A stretch of 64,000 bases of DNA from Candidatus Bruticola sp. (GTDB lineage Bacteria > Vulcanimicrobiota > Xenobia > Xenobiales > Xenobiaceae), in the NCBI GenBank assembly GCA_051874735.1, contig JBJEGD010000004.1, positions 1 through 64,000 of the forward strand, read 5' to 3'. Every line of letters begins with the position of its first letter. Position 1 is the stretch's first letter. Position numbers and translations under genes: made by a program. Shown one piece after another: positions 21,462 through 32,500 of this stretch. The notes beneath the pieces are model-generated. The model saw nothing but the letters and a program-made list of their open reading frames with translations. It ran no database searches and was not told where the DNA came from.

Positions 21462-22451
21462 TTGTTGGCTTTGTTTTTTTTACACGTCAATATAGATCTG
21501 GGAAGCGCTAATATCCGGTTGAGTATCGACGGTAAGATTGTAGTCGACGAGCCCTCTTTAGTTGTATTGGACTGCAACTCAAGCCATGTGAAGGCTATCG
21601 GACGCAAGGCTCTGGAATTAGCCGACAAGCCGCTTTCTGCAATTTCTGCAGTCTATCCAATTAAGCGGGGGCGTATTTGCGATTTTTCTTTAGCAGAAGC
21701 TTTGCTGCGCTTCTATGTGCGCCAATTAGCGGGCATGCGCCGCATAAAGGCGTGTGCAGTTTTATCTGCTTCTGCAGACAGTGTTGATGAAGTTTGCTGG
21801 AGGCAGCTACTCAATTGCGTCGGTGCTGTTTCCTGTGAATTTATTCCTGCTCCCTTATCTGCCGTGCGCGGATTAGGCCTAGATACTAAGGAGCCTAAGG
21901 GGCAGATGATTGTCGATATTGGGGCGGGAAAAACAGAAGTTTCTGTTCTCTGTGGTGAAGAAATTATCACTTCGTCATCTGCCAGCATAGGAGGCAACGA
22001 TTTCTCTAGTGAAATATCGGGAGTTTTGCGTCGTCACTATACAATCTCGGTTCCTAGCAGCGTCGTGGAGTCAGTAAAAAACGGGTTAGCTTCAGCCGTT
22101 CCTTTGGAAGTCCCTAAGGAAATGAAGGTTAACGGCTTCGATTTCGTAAGCGGAATGCCGTGTGAGCGTTCTATATCCTCTTCTGTTATCAGCAGTTGTT
22201 TGAGTGGACCTTTGAGAGATATTACCAGAATTATTCAAGATGTTATGCTGGAGACTCCCTGCGAACTTTCAGCCGATCTAGTAGATAGCGGTATAATTCT
22301 AATTGGTGGAGGCTCTAAGTTAGGTGGATTGTCTGCCTTTTTAGAAAAACATTTTTCTATACCGGTGAGGTTGGCTGATACGCCTCAATATTGTTCAATA
22401 TCTGGTTGCAATCTACTATTAACTCCTTCTTCACAAATAAGTCAAAGCTGA
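21462..22451 (+). CDS. mreB: Divergent MreB/Mbl-like actin homologue
   Basis: IDLGSAN, EPSLV, P.KRGRI.DF, MIVDIGAGKTEV, GGNDF, PCELSADL.DSGI.L.GGG; several conserved residues altered; start uncertain. Confidence 0.8.
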   Translation: MLALFFLHVNIDLGSANIRLSIDGKIVVDEPSLVVLDCNSSHVKAIGRKALELADKPLSAISAVYPIKRGRICDFSLAEALLRFYVRQLAGMRRIKACAVLSASADSVDEVCWRQLLNCVGAVSCEFIPAPLSAVRGLGLDTKEPKGQMIVDIGAGKTEVSVLCGEEIITSSSASIGGNDFSSEISGVLRRHYTISVPSSVVESVKNGLASAVPLEVPKEMKVNGFDFVSGMPCERSISSSVISSCLSGPLRDITRIIQDVMLETPCELSADLVDSGIILIGGGSKLGGLSAFLEKHFSIPVRLADTPQYCSISGCNLLLTPSSQISQS

Positions 22452-22467
22452 GGTCTAGTTTTATATT

Positions 22468-25400
22468 TTGAAAAAAATGCCTAAACTGGCTAATCGAGCT
22501 TTAAAAATTGGACTTATGATTGCGGCGGCACTTATTGGCCTGCCGTCTGTTTTGCTTTTTGTTTTTTATGTATTTCTTTGCTTCAATGCTAATTCTCTAG
22601 CTCAGTACGCGCTGGAAGCTGCTAACGAGAATTTTACTGGTCAGATAAAAATTAAAAACGTTAGCTTTAGCAGACAAACATTGCTGGCTGAAGATGTTTC
22701 TTTGGCATTGGATAGCGGAGAAAATTTGGCTAGTTTAGATAAATTAGAACTTAATTTCGCTTTTTTTAGGGGTATAAGACGCTTCGATTATATGGCCGCT
22801 TTAGGAGATTTGCATCTAAGCGGTTTGCAACTGGCTCCAGAAATAGATAAAAATGGCCAATTCAATTTTTCTCAACTGAAATCTTTAAAAACTAAAGAAC
22901 CAAAAACCCGCTGGCCTTGGGAAAAGTATTTTAGTCGCTATGAGGGAGACATATGTTTAGATAGTGGCTCTTTGTTTTTTAGGGATTGGAGCCGTGGTGA
23001 TTTTTGCGCTCAGCTTGACAAGCTAAATCTTTTTATTTCTTCAGCACCTGAACGCCGGGCCAATTTCTTGTTAAGTTTTGTTCCTGTACAAAAAGTTAAC
23101 TCCTTTGACTCGGAAAAAGGCAAAGTCGAGTTGCGCGGCCAGATTCTTCTGGATAATTCTCCCGATTTTGATGTCTCTTTATCTTTAGTAAATATAAATT
23201 TAGCTCGTTTGAGCGATTATTGGTCGCTACCTAACAATGTACGTTTACTGGGAGCTGAAGTTAATGCTGAGCTTTGGGCTAAATGCCGAGCTCCAGAGTG
23301 GAGCAAGATTGTAGAGCGATTAAACTACGGAGGAAATGTAAGAATAGGCGAGGGAGCTATAATGCTGCCTTCATGTCGAGAGCCTATTCAAAATATAGCA
23401 GCTGAAATTGAGCTTATTTCTGGTTTAGCTGCTTTGAAAAACTTTAAAGCTTATTTCGCTGATGCTTGGGCTTTTGCTCAAGGTAAAGTTTATATATGGA
23501 GTCCTTCAGGCCAAATCAAGAATTGGCAAGGGCGAGTAAAAATTGACGCTGAAGTTCCCGATCTGCAGCTATTAAGCTTAAATAAAGCTTTAGGATTGAG
23601 CTTACCCGTCAGTGGTCAAGTTTGCACTGAAGTTAATATTGAGGGAGCGCTGCTCAATCCTGGAGCTAAAGGGAAAATAACTTCAAAAGAATTAGTCTGT
23701 TCAGGTCAGACTGTTCGCCATTTAGATATTGATCTCAGTTGGAAGGATAAGCTGCTTACAGTTGAGAGTTTTAAAGCTAGAGCTGCTCAAGGCGATATTA
23801 AAGGAAGCGGTTACGCCCTTTTAGAGGGAAAAAAGCCTCAACTAGTGCTTAATTTGAGCGGTCAAGGAGTTTCTTTACAGGGGATAAGCCCTATCGGAGG
23901 TCGAGTCGGCCAATTTAAATTAACTTTGGTTGGTTCCCCTGATTCGCCATTTATTTATGGCGAAGGTGCTGGAGTAGGAGGATTTTCTGGACCGGCTTCT
24001 ATGTTGGAATCGGCTTCAGCCAGATTTTTACTGCTGGGTGATACTGTCAGTCTTAATAATGTTACAGCTTCAACCAGTTTAGGGCAGGCCAGCGTTCCTT
24101 ACGCCAGTTACAATTACAAGCATCCTTATTTATATGCCTGTATGCAGGCTGACAATTTAGCTTTGCCTTCCTTTAATGTACCGTCTGTAGGAAAAGTTGG
24201 CGGTGTAGTTAGCGGCAGGGCGCAGGTAATGGGCGTCCCTTCGAAGCTCAGCGAATTGAGCGTATATGCTTATAGTCAGTCTACAGATTTGAATGTTGGC
24301 AATTTGCAAATTCGGGGTTTGCACGGTACGGTAGGCCTTAACAATATGAACCTGTACGTCCCTGAAATAATGGGACAGGCTGCCGGCGGCAGTGTAAATG
24401 CCAGCGGTTGGATAGGCCTTTCCGGAGGCAGCTCCAATTTGAGTATGCAGGCTTGCGGCGTTGAGATAGCTCCTTTTGCCGCTGTTGCCAATTATGACAT
24501 ACCCTTAAACTTTAATGGCGTTGGAAATATTGGAGCCAGTTGGTTCTCAGATGGCGTTTCAAAAAATAATTGGATAAAGCTCTATTTAGAAGGAGAAACT
24601 GAGCGATCCGCAGAGCCAGAGGAAGCCGTCGCCAGCTCGATAAATGCTTCTATTTCTACTTTTGAGGAAGTTGCGAAGCAGACTGAAGTTAAAGTTGCTT
24701 CTCTTGAGCCTGAACCTGCGCCGACGCCCATAGCTTTAGCAGAAAAAAAATGTGAGCAGACAACTATTCCCGCTGCAGTAGAAACTTCTTTAGCTAGTTC
24801 TCAAGCAGCTAAAGAAAAAGAAACATTTAACTCATCTGAAGTAAGTAGTTGTTTACCTGTATATACGGGCTCATGGAAAGAAAATGAGATTCAGGCTTCT
24901 TTAAAAGATTTGGGTCTAATTTACGCTGTAGCTCCGTCTATAGTTCCTTTTGAAGAACCTAATTCTTACGCTGCGGCTGTGCAAGGTTTTGTTGGCAGCC
25001 AAGGGATAGGTCTCGTAGGCTGGGCTCGCGATCTAAATCTGGACAGACGTAATTTAACTTCGGATCTGGCTTTAAAGGGAAGAATAACTGGCCGCTTAGG
25101 AGTCTGGGGCAAACCTAAAGATCTCAATTTCAGCTATTTTACTGCGATAAGTGGTTCTCCTGTCCAACTCATTGATGAGCATACTTTGTGGATGGCTGGA
25201 AGCGGTTCTCTACAGGGCAAGGTACTAAAGCTGTCTGATAATGTTGTCGCTTGGAGTTATTTACCTCGCGCCGGATGGCTGTCCATTCCCCATTGGGAAG
25301 GTAGCACTTATGCTTTTTTAGGACCAGAGCTGTCTCCTCCATTGCGTCAAACCGGACAGCTTTATTCTTGGCTGCCCAAGATAGGTTTAGTTAAGGTCAG

Positions 25401-28400
25401 CGGCGAGCTTGTGCTGGGTAAGCCTCTGAGTTATCAGCTAGCTGCTGAGGCAGTAGACATAGATATCGGTTGGCTTAAAGAGCAGAATTGGCTCCCCCAG
25501 GTGGCTGATCTGTTGGACAATACCAATATCACTGGCGGACAAGCGAATTTGTATTCTCTAATCTCTTCTGATTATGGGATACCTAAAATTATGCCAGGTA
25601 CTTGGGCTTACATGCCTTGGTTCGTTACTGGTAAGTCGAGCCGCAGCCGTCTTTTTTCCGGAGCAGCTTCCCTATCTTCAGAAGTAGCTTTAGACTCTTC
25701 GCCCAATGGCCAGCCGTCTTTAGGCGCTATTAACTTTGAGCGCGTTTTAGTATCTAATGTTCCACGCGATGGGCGTCTTCTCGATTCTGATGGCCATTTA
25801 GCTAATTATGACGATTTAAAACTTCCTGCCGGCTTAGTACAAGCTAGAGGCAAGATTAATGGTGGCAAAGCTGATATTAATTTAAAAGTTAATGATTGGA
25901 ACAGTACTCAGGCGATGGCTTTATTGCCTAGTCTTTCCAATTACAGTTCTTTGCTCAGTGGTTGGTTGGGCACAGAAAATTTAGATATTTCTTTTGACAA
26001 CAAATGCGGCATTTTTGATACTTTAGCCATAAATGGATCTGTGTACTTTCACGGAGGCCATCTAATTCTGCCCGATGCTTTAATCCCTATTGATCGCCTT
26101 TCTGCGCAGATACACCGCAGCAATAACAAATTAAATTTTTCAAATTTAAAGTTGAAATCGGGTAATCTGCTCTTTCAAGGTTCAGGTTGGCGCAGTTCTG
26201 ATGGTCACTTAGAAACTGACATTTATGCCGAAGATATTCTTCTAGACAATTTATCTTATTTCGATCCGGCTCTATCCGATCTCCATGGTCGAGCTGATAT
26301 AGCTGTGTGCATTGAATCTGATGATCCATCTTTTCAGGCCATTCAAGCTGTCTTTGCGATGGAAGGTAAAGATGTCACTTGGGGATCGGTACCTGTAAGT
26401 TTATATTTCCCCGATTTTAGAGTAGGTTTCTTAGAAAAAAATGAAGATGGAACTTTACATACTGATGAAGGATTGGGAGTTACTTTGCGCATGCAGAACG
26501 GACGTGTTTATGCCGATCTGCCTGCAGATTCTGTAAAATTCAGTGCCTATCGCTTTTTTGAAAAATCTATTTTACCTAAAATTGTGGCTGAGCGTTTAGA
26601 AATAGGTGGCGATTCCTCTCATGAAAAACGTTCTTCCAAAGCGGGGTTTAATCCTCAGCCTGCTTTAAATAAAGACGGAGAGATAATCGGAGTTTGTTTA
26701 GACAAAAAACCAGTTTCTTTATCTGTATCAGGCGGTTTTAATTTTGCGCCTCCAGTTAATGCTGAATTAGATGATTGGTTTACTGGCCCTGAGGGGCCAG
26801 AGTTCGGCATAGGGGAAGTCCCTCTGACTTTTAGTTTGCAGAATTTTCAAGGCAATATAGCCAGAGCAGCTTTAGGATTGCCAGTAAGTCAACGCCGTTT
26901 TTCCTTCAGCGGCGAGTTAGGGTTAAAAGGTCAATGGTATAAAGGTCACTTGGCAGAAGCTCCAGTTGGTTCTTTGCGCTATGCTTTTGATATATCTCAG
27001 CTAGATTTCGGCAGCGTTTCCATCGATGAAGCGGAAAATATTGAAAAGTCTGATAAAAGTAGTCAGGATAAAAATGAGCCATCAGCTCCTCGCCGAATTT
27101 TGTGGCGCGGTCTTACTTTAAAACATAATCTTAAGGGAGCCTACAGCCGTGAAGCCAAGGCGGGGCGTCTCATTATAGAGCCTTTTGAGTTTATTCCTGA
27201 GCATCGCAGCATGGGAGAAAAAGAAGAAGGAACTTCTTTAGCTGGTGGTAGCGTGAGCGGCAGTGCCAATTTAGCAATTACTAGTATGCCCTTTGCAAGG
27301 CGCGGTAATAAAGATTCACAGTCTAAAATTGACGCTAATGAGCTTCATCTTAAAGTTAGCCAGGTGCCTATTTCTGAATTAGGCTCTTTCTTGTGGCCCA
27401 ACTTAACTAGCGGTTTCGTAGAGAATTTTGTTCTCAATGCTTCTGGACCTATCTATTCTCCTGTTTTTAATATGCTTTTCGATGTCGCTGGCAGCAGAGC
27501 TGGCAGATTGGAAATGGCTTCTATTACGGGTGCTGTCAGTGGTCGGCGTGATCCTCAAACTAAAGTCTATCAGGTAAAATTGGGTACAATGGATGGTACT
27601 CTGTCTAACGATAGAATTAAAGATATTGTCAGTCAGGGACTGCCCGATTCAGATATCGGCGATTACGCAGATGGAATTAAAGTGTATTTCGGCAAAGACA
27701 AAAGGGCTGATCGTGTTTTTGCTGTCTCCGGAACTTTACCTTATGAAGTGCACCGTGTTAGACCCGAAGACACTTCTTCTTTGATTCCTTTTTGGAAAGG
27801 AACCAGAGCTTCTTTTGATGGGGCTATTGATATAAGTGCTGTACTCAAAGACAAAGATTTAGGCCTTATTTCCAGTATGACAGACGATGTCGTCGGCAGT
27901 TCAGGCAATATGTTGGGAAGAGTTCATATAGGTGGTACTTTGCTGCGCCCCGAGATTATCGGTAAGCTGAAACTATATGAAGGAGAAATTGAGCATCGCA
28001 AGGCCGGTAAAATTGCTAACCTCAATATAGAGGCCGATTTCAGCGAGATTGATGATCCTGAGCTTATATCCAGATATGCAGAAGAAAAGGAACGTCTTTT
28101 TATTGCTGAGCATGGTATTGGGGCTGTTCTGTCTGAGAAATTGAACAAGCAGTCTAAGCAAGATGCCCAAAATGAATCTAACAGCGATAGTGGCGTCGTT
28201 TTGAATGCAGTCGGTGAAGCCCATTTCAGCCGTCTAGATTTACATAAATTTACAGGTCTGCTTGGTGACAGGCCTTTTACCATAAGAGGACGAGCCGATA
28301 TGGATGGTTTTACTCCTATGGATGTCGATTTCTCTTTGAGTGGTGAGCAGCTGCCTCTGCAGTGGGGCAGTTTATTTGAAGGAAGAGCTGACGTAGATCT

Positions 28401-29430
28401 TCATTTGAGTAAAGCTAAAATTAGCAGCCAAGCTTTAGCTTCTTGGGAAAAAAATTTGCGCTTAGGAAGAGTCACAGCTAATCGTTTCAATTCTGATAGG
28501 ACTAACGATATAGAAAAGCTGCAACCGCCCAAACTGTACTATCTGTATGGACAGATATCTGTACCTAGGGGTGACCTAAGTATCGATGTCAATACGCTGA
28601 CTAGCAGTTCAGAAAATAGCTTCGATTGGAGTATGCTGCCAGTTGACTACCGTATTAATGTTAATATTGGTGAAGATGTCTGGATGCATGCCTTAGGATG
28701 TCGCATAAGAGCTGCTGGTGAGCTGGCTGTGGTGCCAGATAAAGAGACTGGCAAGCCAGTGATTGACGGTGAAGTAGATCTTTCCAGAGGTCTTTTAGCT
28801 GTTCCCCTTTACGATTTAAAGTTTAAAGTGCGAAGCGGCAAAGCTGTTTTTAATCATAGCCAGATACCTGAATTGCAAGATGTAACGGCTGACGCTTCAG
28901 TGGATGACTACGAAGTTACAGCTTTTGTAAGTGGAGCTTATCCTAATATAAAGGTTGAGCTGGTCTCTAATCCTCCTTTAGCTGAAAAAGAGATTCAAAA
29001 ATTATTGGCTTTGGGAGGATTCGCTAAGTATAAGCCTTCCAATTCCAGCGCCCAGATAGTTAGTGCTCCTGGCAATACTACGGGTAGTCAGGCTGTGAGT
29101 ACAGATTTAGATTTAAGTACTTCAGGTATATCCATGCTGTCTAAATTGCTCTCTTCACCTTTAACTCAAGAGATCAGTCGCATGCTCTTCTTATCTGACT
29201 TCTCGCTAGACATTACTTCTCCGCATGGTTACTCTTTCAAGATAGCTAAATCAATAGATAGTAAAGATCGTTTGCTTTTTACTCTCACTCGCAGTTTTAA
29301 CAGCCAAACCGGTCAAGATGATAGTGTATACGGTGTGGAGTGGCGTTTCAAAACTAATATGTTATTCCGTTTAGGATTCGATCAAGATGGTGAGATCCGT
29401 CCTTGGTTCCAGGGGTTCTGGGAATTTTAG
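22468..29430 (+). CDS. tamB: TamB/AsmA-like translocation and assembly module protein (2320 aa)
   Basis: Single N-terminal TM, repetitive beta-strand body, C-terminal DUF490-like region (L.SNPPLAEKEIQKLLALG; GVEWRF...FWEF). Confidence 0.8.
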   Translation: MKKMPKLANRALKIGLMIAAALIGLPSVLLFVFYVFLCFNANSLAQYALEAANENFTGQIKIKNVSFSRQTLLAEDVSLALDSGENLASLDKLELNFAFFRGIRRFDYMAALGDLHLSGLQLAPEIDKNGQFNFSQLKSLKTKEPKTRWPWEKYFSRYEGDICLDSGSLFFRDWSRGDFCAQLDKLNLFISSAPERRANFLLSFVPVQKVNSFDSEKGKVELRGQILLDNSPDFDVSLSLVNINLARLSDYWSLPNNVRLLGAEVNAELWAKCRAPEWSKIVERLNYGGNVRIGEGAIMLPSCREPIQNIAAEIELISGLAALKNFKAYFADAWAFAQGKVYIWSPSGQIKNWQGRVKIDAEVPDLQLLSLNKALGLSLPVSGQVCTEVNIEGALLNPGAKGKITSKELVCSGQTVRHLDIDLSWKDKLLTVESFKARAAQGDIKGSGYALLEGKKPQLVLNLSGQGVSLQGISPIGGRVGQFKLTLVGSPDSPFIYGEGAGVGGFSGPASMLESASARFLLLGDTVSLNNVTASTSLGQASVPYASYNYKHPYLYACMQADNLALPSFNVPSVGKVGGVVSGRAQVMGVPSKLSELSVYAYSQSTDLNVGNLQIRGLHGTVGLNNMNLYVPEIMGQAAGGSVNASGWIGLSGGSSNLSMQACGVEIAPFAAVANYDIPLNFNGVGNIGASWFSDGVSKNNWIKLYLEGETERSAEPEEAVASSINASISTFEEVAKQTEVKVASLEPEPAPTPIALAEKKCEQTTIPAAVETSLASSQAAKEKETFNSSEVSSCLPVYTGSWKENEIQASLKDLGLIYAVAPSIVPFEEPNSYAAAVQGFVGSQGIGLVGWARDLNLDRRNLTSDLALKGRITGRLGVWGKPKDLNFSYFTAISGSPVQLIDEHTLWMAGSGSLQGKVLKLSDNVVAWSYLPRAGWLSIPHWEGSTYAFLGPELSPPLRQTGQLYSWLPKIGLVKVSGELVLGKPLSYQLAAEAVDIDIGWLKEQNWLPQVADLLDNTNITGGQANLYSLISSDYGIPKIMPGTWAYMPWFVTGKSSRSRLFSGAASLSSEVALDSSPNGQPSLGAINFERVLVSNVPRDGRLLDSDGHLANYDDLKLPAGLVQARGKINGGKADINLKVNDWNSTQAMALLPSLSNYSSLLSGWLGTENLDISFDNKCGIFDTLAINGSVYFHGGHLILPDALIPIDRLSAQIHRSNNKLNFSNLKLKSGNLLFQGSGWRSSDGHLETDIYAEDILLDNLSYFDPALSDLHGRADIAVCIESDDPSFQAIQAVFAMEGKDVTWGSVPVSLYFPDFRVGFLEKNEDGTLHTDEGLGVTLRMQNGRVYADLPADSVKFSAYRFFEKSILPKIVAERLEIGGDSSHEKRSSKAGFNPQPALNKDGEIIGVCLDKKPVSLSVSGGFNFAPPVNAELDDWFTGPEGPEFGIGEVPLTFSLQNFQGNIARAALGLPVSQRRFSFSGELGLKGQWYKGHLAEAPVGSLRYAFDISQLDFGSVSIDEAENIEKSDKSSQDKNEPSAPRRILWRGLTLKHNLKGAYSREAKAGRLIIEPFEFIPEHRSMGEKEEGTSLAGGSVSGSANLAITSMPFARRGNKDSQSKIDANELHLKVSQVPISELGSFLWPNLTSGFVENFVLNASGPIYSPVFNMLFDVAGSRAGRLEMASITGAVSGRRDPQTKVYQVKLGTMDGTLSNDRIKDIVSQGLPDSDIGDYADGIKVYFGKDKRADRVFAVSGTLPYEVHRVRPEDTSSLIPFWKGTRASFDGAIDISAVLKDKDLGLISSMTDDVVGSSGNMLGRVHIGGTLLRPEIIGKLKLYEGEIEHRKAGKIANLNIEADFSEIDDPELISRYAEEKERLFIAEHGIGAVLSEKLNKQSKQDAQNESNSDSGVVLNAVGEAHFSRLDLHKFTGLLGDRPFTIRGRADMDGFTPMDVDFSLSGEQLPLQWGSLFEGRADVDLHLSKAKISSQALASWEKNLRLGRVTANRFNSDRTNDIEKLQPPKLYYLYGQISVPRGDLSIDVNTLTSSSENSFDWSMLPVDYRINVNIGEDVWMHALGCRIRAAGELAVVPDKETGKPVIDGEVDLSRGLLAVPLYDLKFKVRSGKAVFNHSQIPELQDVTADASVDDYEVTAFVSGAYPNIKVELVSNPPLAEKEIQKLLALGGFAKYKPSNSSAQIVSAPGNTTGSQAVSTDLDLSTSGISMLSKLLSSPLTQEISRMLFLSDFSLDITSPHGYSFKIAKSIDSKDRLLFTLTRSFNSQTGQDDSVYGVEWRFKTNMLFRLGFDQDGEIRPWFQGFWEF

Positions 29431-29556
29431 ACTGAAAAGTAATTTAGCTATGTCATCGAGAAAGTAGACGAATAAAAGGCACTTGTAGTTTAGCCGAGAA
29501 GTTTTTTATAAATATATTGAAAATATTATATTGTTCAGCTAGGAAGGGGCGTTGAG

Positions 29557-32500
29557 GTGGGCTTTTACAAAAAAAATAAAGGGGGAACTTCTATGCGTCG
29601 CTGCCGCAGTTACATAAAGTCTATAAATGCTGCAGATTCTTATCTGCCATTATTGAAGTCTCTCGGCGGCAAATCTGCAGGCGTCAGCGAAAAAGAAAAT
29701 ATAAAAGTATCAGCTGAAAGTCAAAATAAAAAGATGGCTTCAGAGCCTCTTTATATTAAAAAAAATGCTAGTCAAAATTTAAAAGAAAAATCAGCTGAGG
29801 AAAGAGATAATTTAGTCAGTTTTGTTAGTAGTTTCGATTTCCATAAATCGGAAGAGGGCATAGTTATTGCTCGTTTTGTACCTTCAGGTAAAAAACGCAG
29901 TTTAGAGTTGCCTAGTTCTGTATTAGGAGCGCAGATATCAGCTATAGGACCTGGAGCTTTTGCTGGTTTCGCTGATTTAGTTAAGGTAGTGATTCCTGAG
30001 GGCGTCACTTCTATTGGAGCTGGAGCCTTTGCGGGGTGTAGCAACTTAGGAAGCATTACTTTTCCTCGCACTTTGAAAAGTATAGGTGTGGGAGCTTTTA
30101 AAGGCTGCGTTTCTTTAACAAATATATGTTTTAGTGGCTCTTTAGAAGAACTGGGAGAATCCGCTTTTAGTAAGTGTACAGCTCTAAAAAGAGTTTCCTT
30201 TGCAGGAACTAATTTAAGGGTTATTCCTAAACTCTGTTTTTTTGAATGCGAGAGCCTTAATGATATTGAGTGGCCTGGTAGTCTTAATACTATAGGTGAA
30301 GAAGCTTTCGCTTTATGTACTAGTTTAGAAGTTCTGCGTCTGCCTAAATCGGTTCAAGCACTGAGCTGCTCGTCTTTTCGCAACTGTAATGGTCTAACTT
30401 CCATTATTCTTCCCGATAGTTTGACCTCGCTGGCTGAATTATCTTTTGCCGAATGTTTGAGCTTAGCCGATATTAAGCTGCCGGAAACTATATTAGAAAT
30501 AGGTAATTCTGCTTTTAGCGGCTGTAAAAAACTGAGAAGAATCAGGCTCGGTAGTAAATTGCAGAAGATTAGTGCCAGTGCTTTCAGAGATTGCACCTCT
30601 TTGGAAGATATAGTATTTCCTATAGGTTTGTTTTACCTGGGACGCTGCGCCTTTAGCGGTTGCACTAATCTTAAAAAAGTTGATTTAAGTCGCTGCCGGA
30701 TCTCTTCAATAGATGCAGAAGCTTTTAGCGGCTGTCAGAAAATAAGTGATCTGCTTCTGCCTTTATGTTTGCAGAAAATTGGAGCTTTCTGTTTTAAAAA
30801 TTGTCTAAATTTGAGTTCAGTAAAAATCCCCAGTCGGGTTGTCTCGTTAGGCGATCATTGCTTTGAAGGGTGTCATAAGCTTAGTAATGTCGAGTTAGCG
30901 GCAGCTGTGTCTATACCTGAAGGCTGTTTCTCTGGCTGTTCTCAGTTAGAAAACATTAGTTTTAATGAAAACATGCCTGAAATAGGTAGCTGCGCTTTTG
31001 CTGAATGTCATGCTCTTTCCAATATAGTTTTGCCTGACAATATTCAGGTTATCCGCGATAGAGCTTTTTTAAACTGTACAAATTTAAGCGAAGTCAATTG
31101 CGGCTCCCATCTGCGTCGTTTAGGGTCCGAAGTTTTTAAAGGCTGCATAAATTTGCGTCGAATTGATTTGCCTGCTTCTTTAAATGCTTTTGGCTCTGAA
31201 GGAAATATTTTTAGTAATACAGCTGATGATTTAGTTATATACGGTGCTCTCAATAGCAGTGCTGAGGAATATGCCAGACGCTGTCGTATAAAATTTTACG
31301 ATCCTTTGCTCCACGAAATGAAAGATGAGGGCAATGAGGAAGCCGAAAATAGCGCGGTCACTGCTGAAGATAACTCTGAAGAGCTGACCCCTGAAGAAGC
31401 TGAGGTTGAGGAAATTGAAAATAGTTCAAGCCGCCTAGTCAGACGTCAAGTGTTCGGTTTGAAAGTTACTCCTCTATCTTATAAGTCCATCACTTCTAAA
31501 GGTGATTGGATTGTTATTCGTCATAAAGCTTTTGAAAAAAAAGCAGATGCTCGTTCTAATGTGCCTATAGCTGTACATTTAGGAGGTATTAACCATATAG
31601 GTAACAGAGCTTTCTGCAACCGTAATGTGGTTTTTTTAGATTGTTCCGACAGCTTAGTGTCTATAGGCAAAGCTGCTTTTTGGGGCTGCAGCTTAATGCA
31701 GAAGGTGCGTTGGTCTAAGCGATTGAGCTTTATAGATAAAAGCGCTTTTTGGGGCTGCCATTCTTTGAAAAGTTTAGAATTGCCAGATTCGCTACAGTTT
31801 ATAGATAATTGGGCGTTTTTGGGGTGTTCCGGCATAGAAAATCTGCGTTTGCCGTCTTATTTGGTATCTTTAGGAGATTATGTCTTCGCTTATTGTACCA
31901 GCTTGCATAGTGTGGTTATACCCTCAGGAACGCGCTCTCTAGGAACTGGAGTATTTTTTGGATGTAACTCCTTACGTCGGATTGTAATTCCTCCTTCAGT
32001 TAAGCAGTTCGGTCCTGAATTATGTAAGTTTAGTCCTATTTTCGGCCGAGGTTGTCATTTAGACGACAGCGCCGATAATAGCGAATATAACTGTGATATC
32101 CCAGAGCAAATTACTATTGTTTGTCAGAAAGATTCGGCTGCTCACGAATACGCTCTTCAGTTCGGTCTAAATTTTGAATTAGCTTGCTTTGAAGACGAAA
32201 TAAGTGTCAAGGAGCCTAATCCGGGAGGTAGTTACATGCTTGGCGGTTTAGGAGTGGTCGAAGGAACCTCCAAATGCGCTCAAGCTCTGAATAGCCGATT
32301 TTCTTTTGCACCTTTTAAGTACTCTGTCCGCCTAGTAACTCCAGAATTAAAGAAACGGGCCGAATTTAAAGACAGTTTGCTGAATGAAAATGAACTGGCT
32401 GGCATGTCTTCTGCTGAAGCTTTTTCGATATTGCAAGGGGCTTACGAAATTCTTGATCAAGCTGAATTCTCTAAAATTTGGCAGAAGCATATTTGGCATT

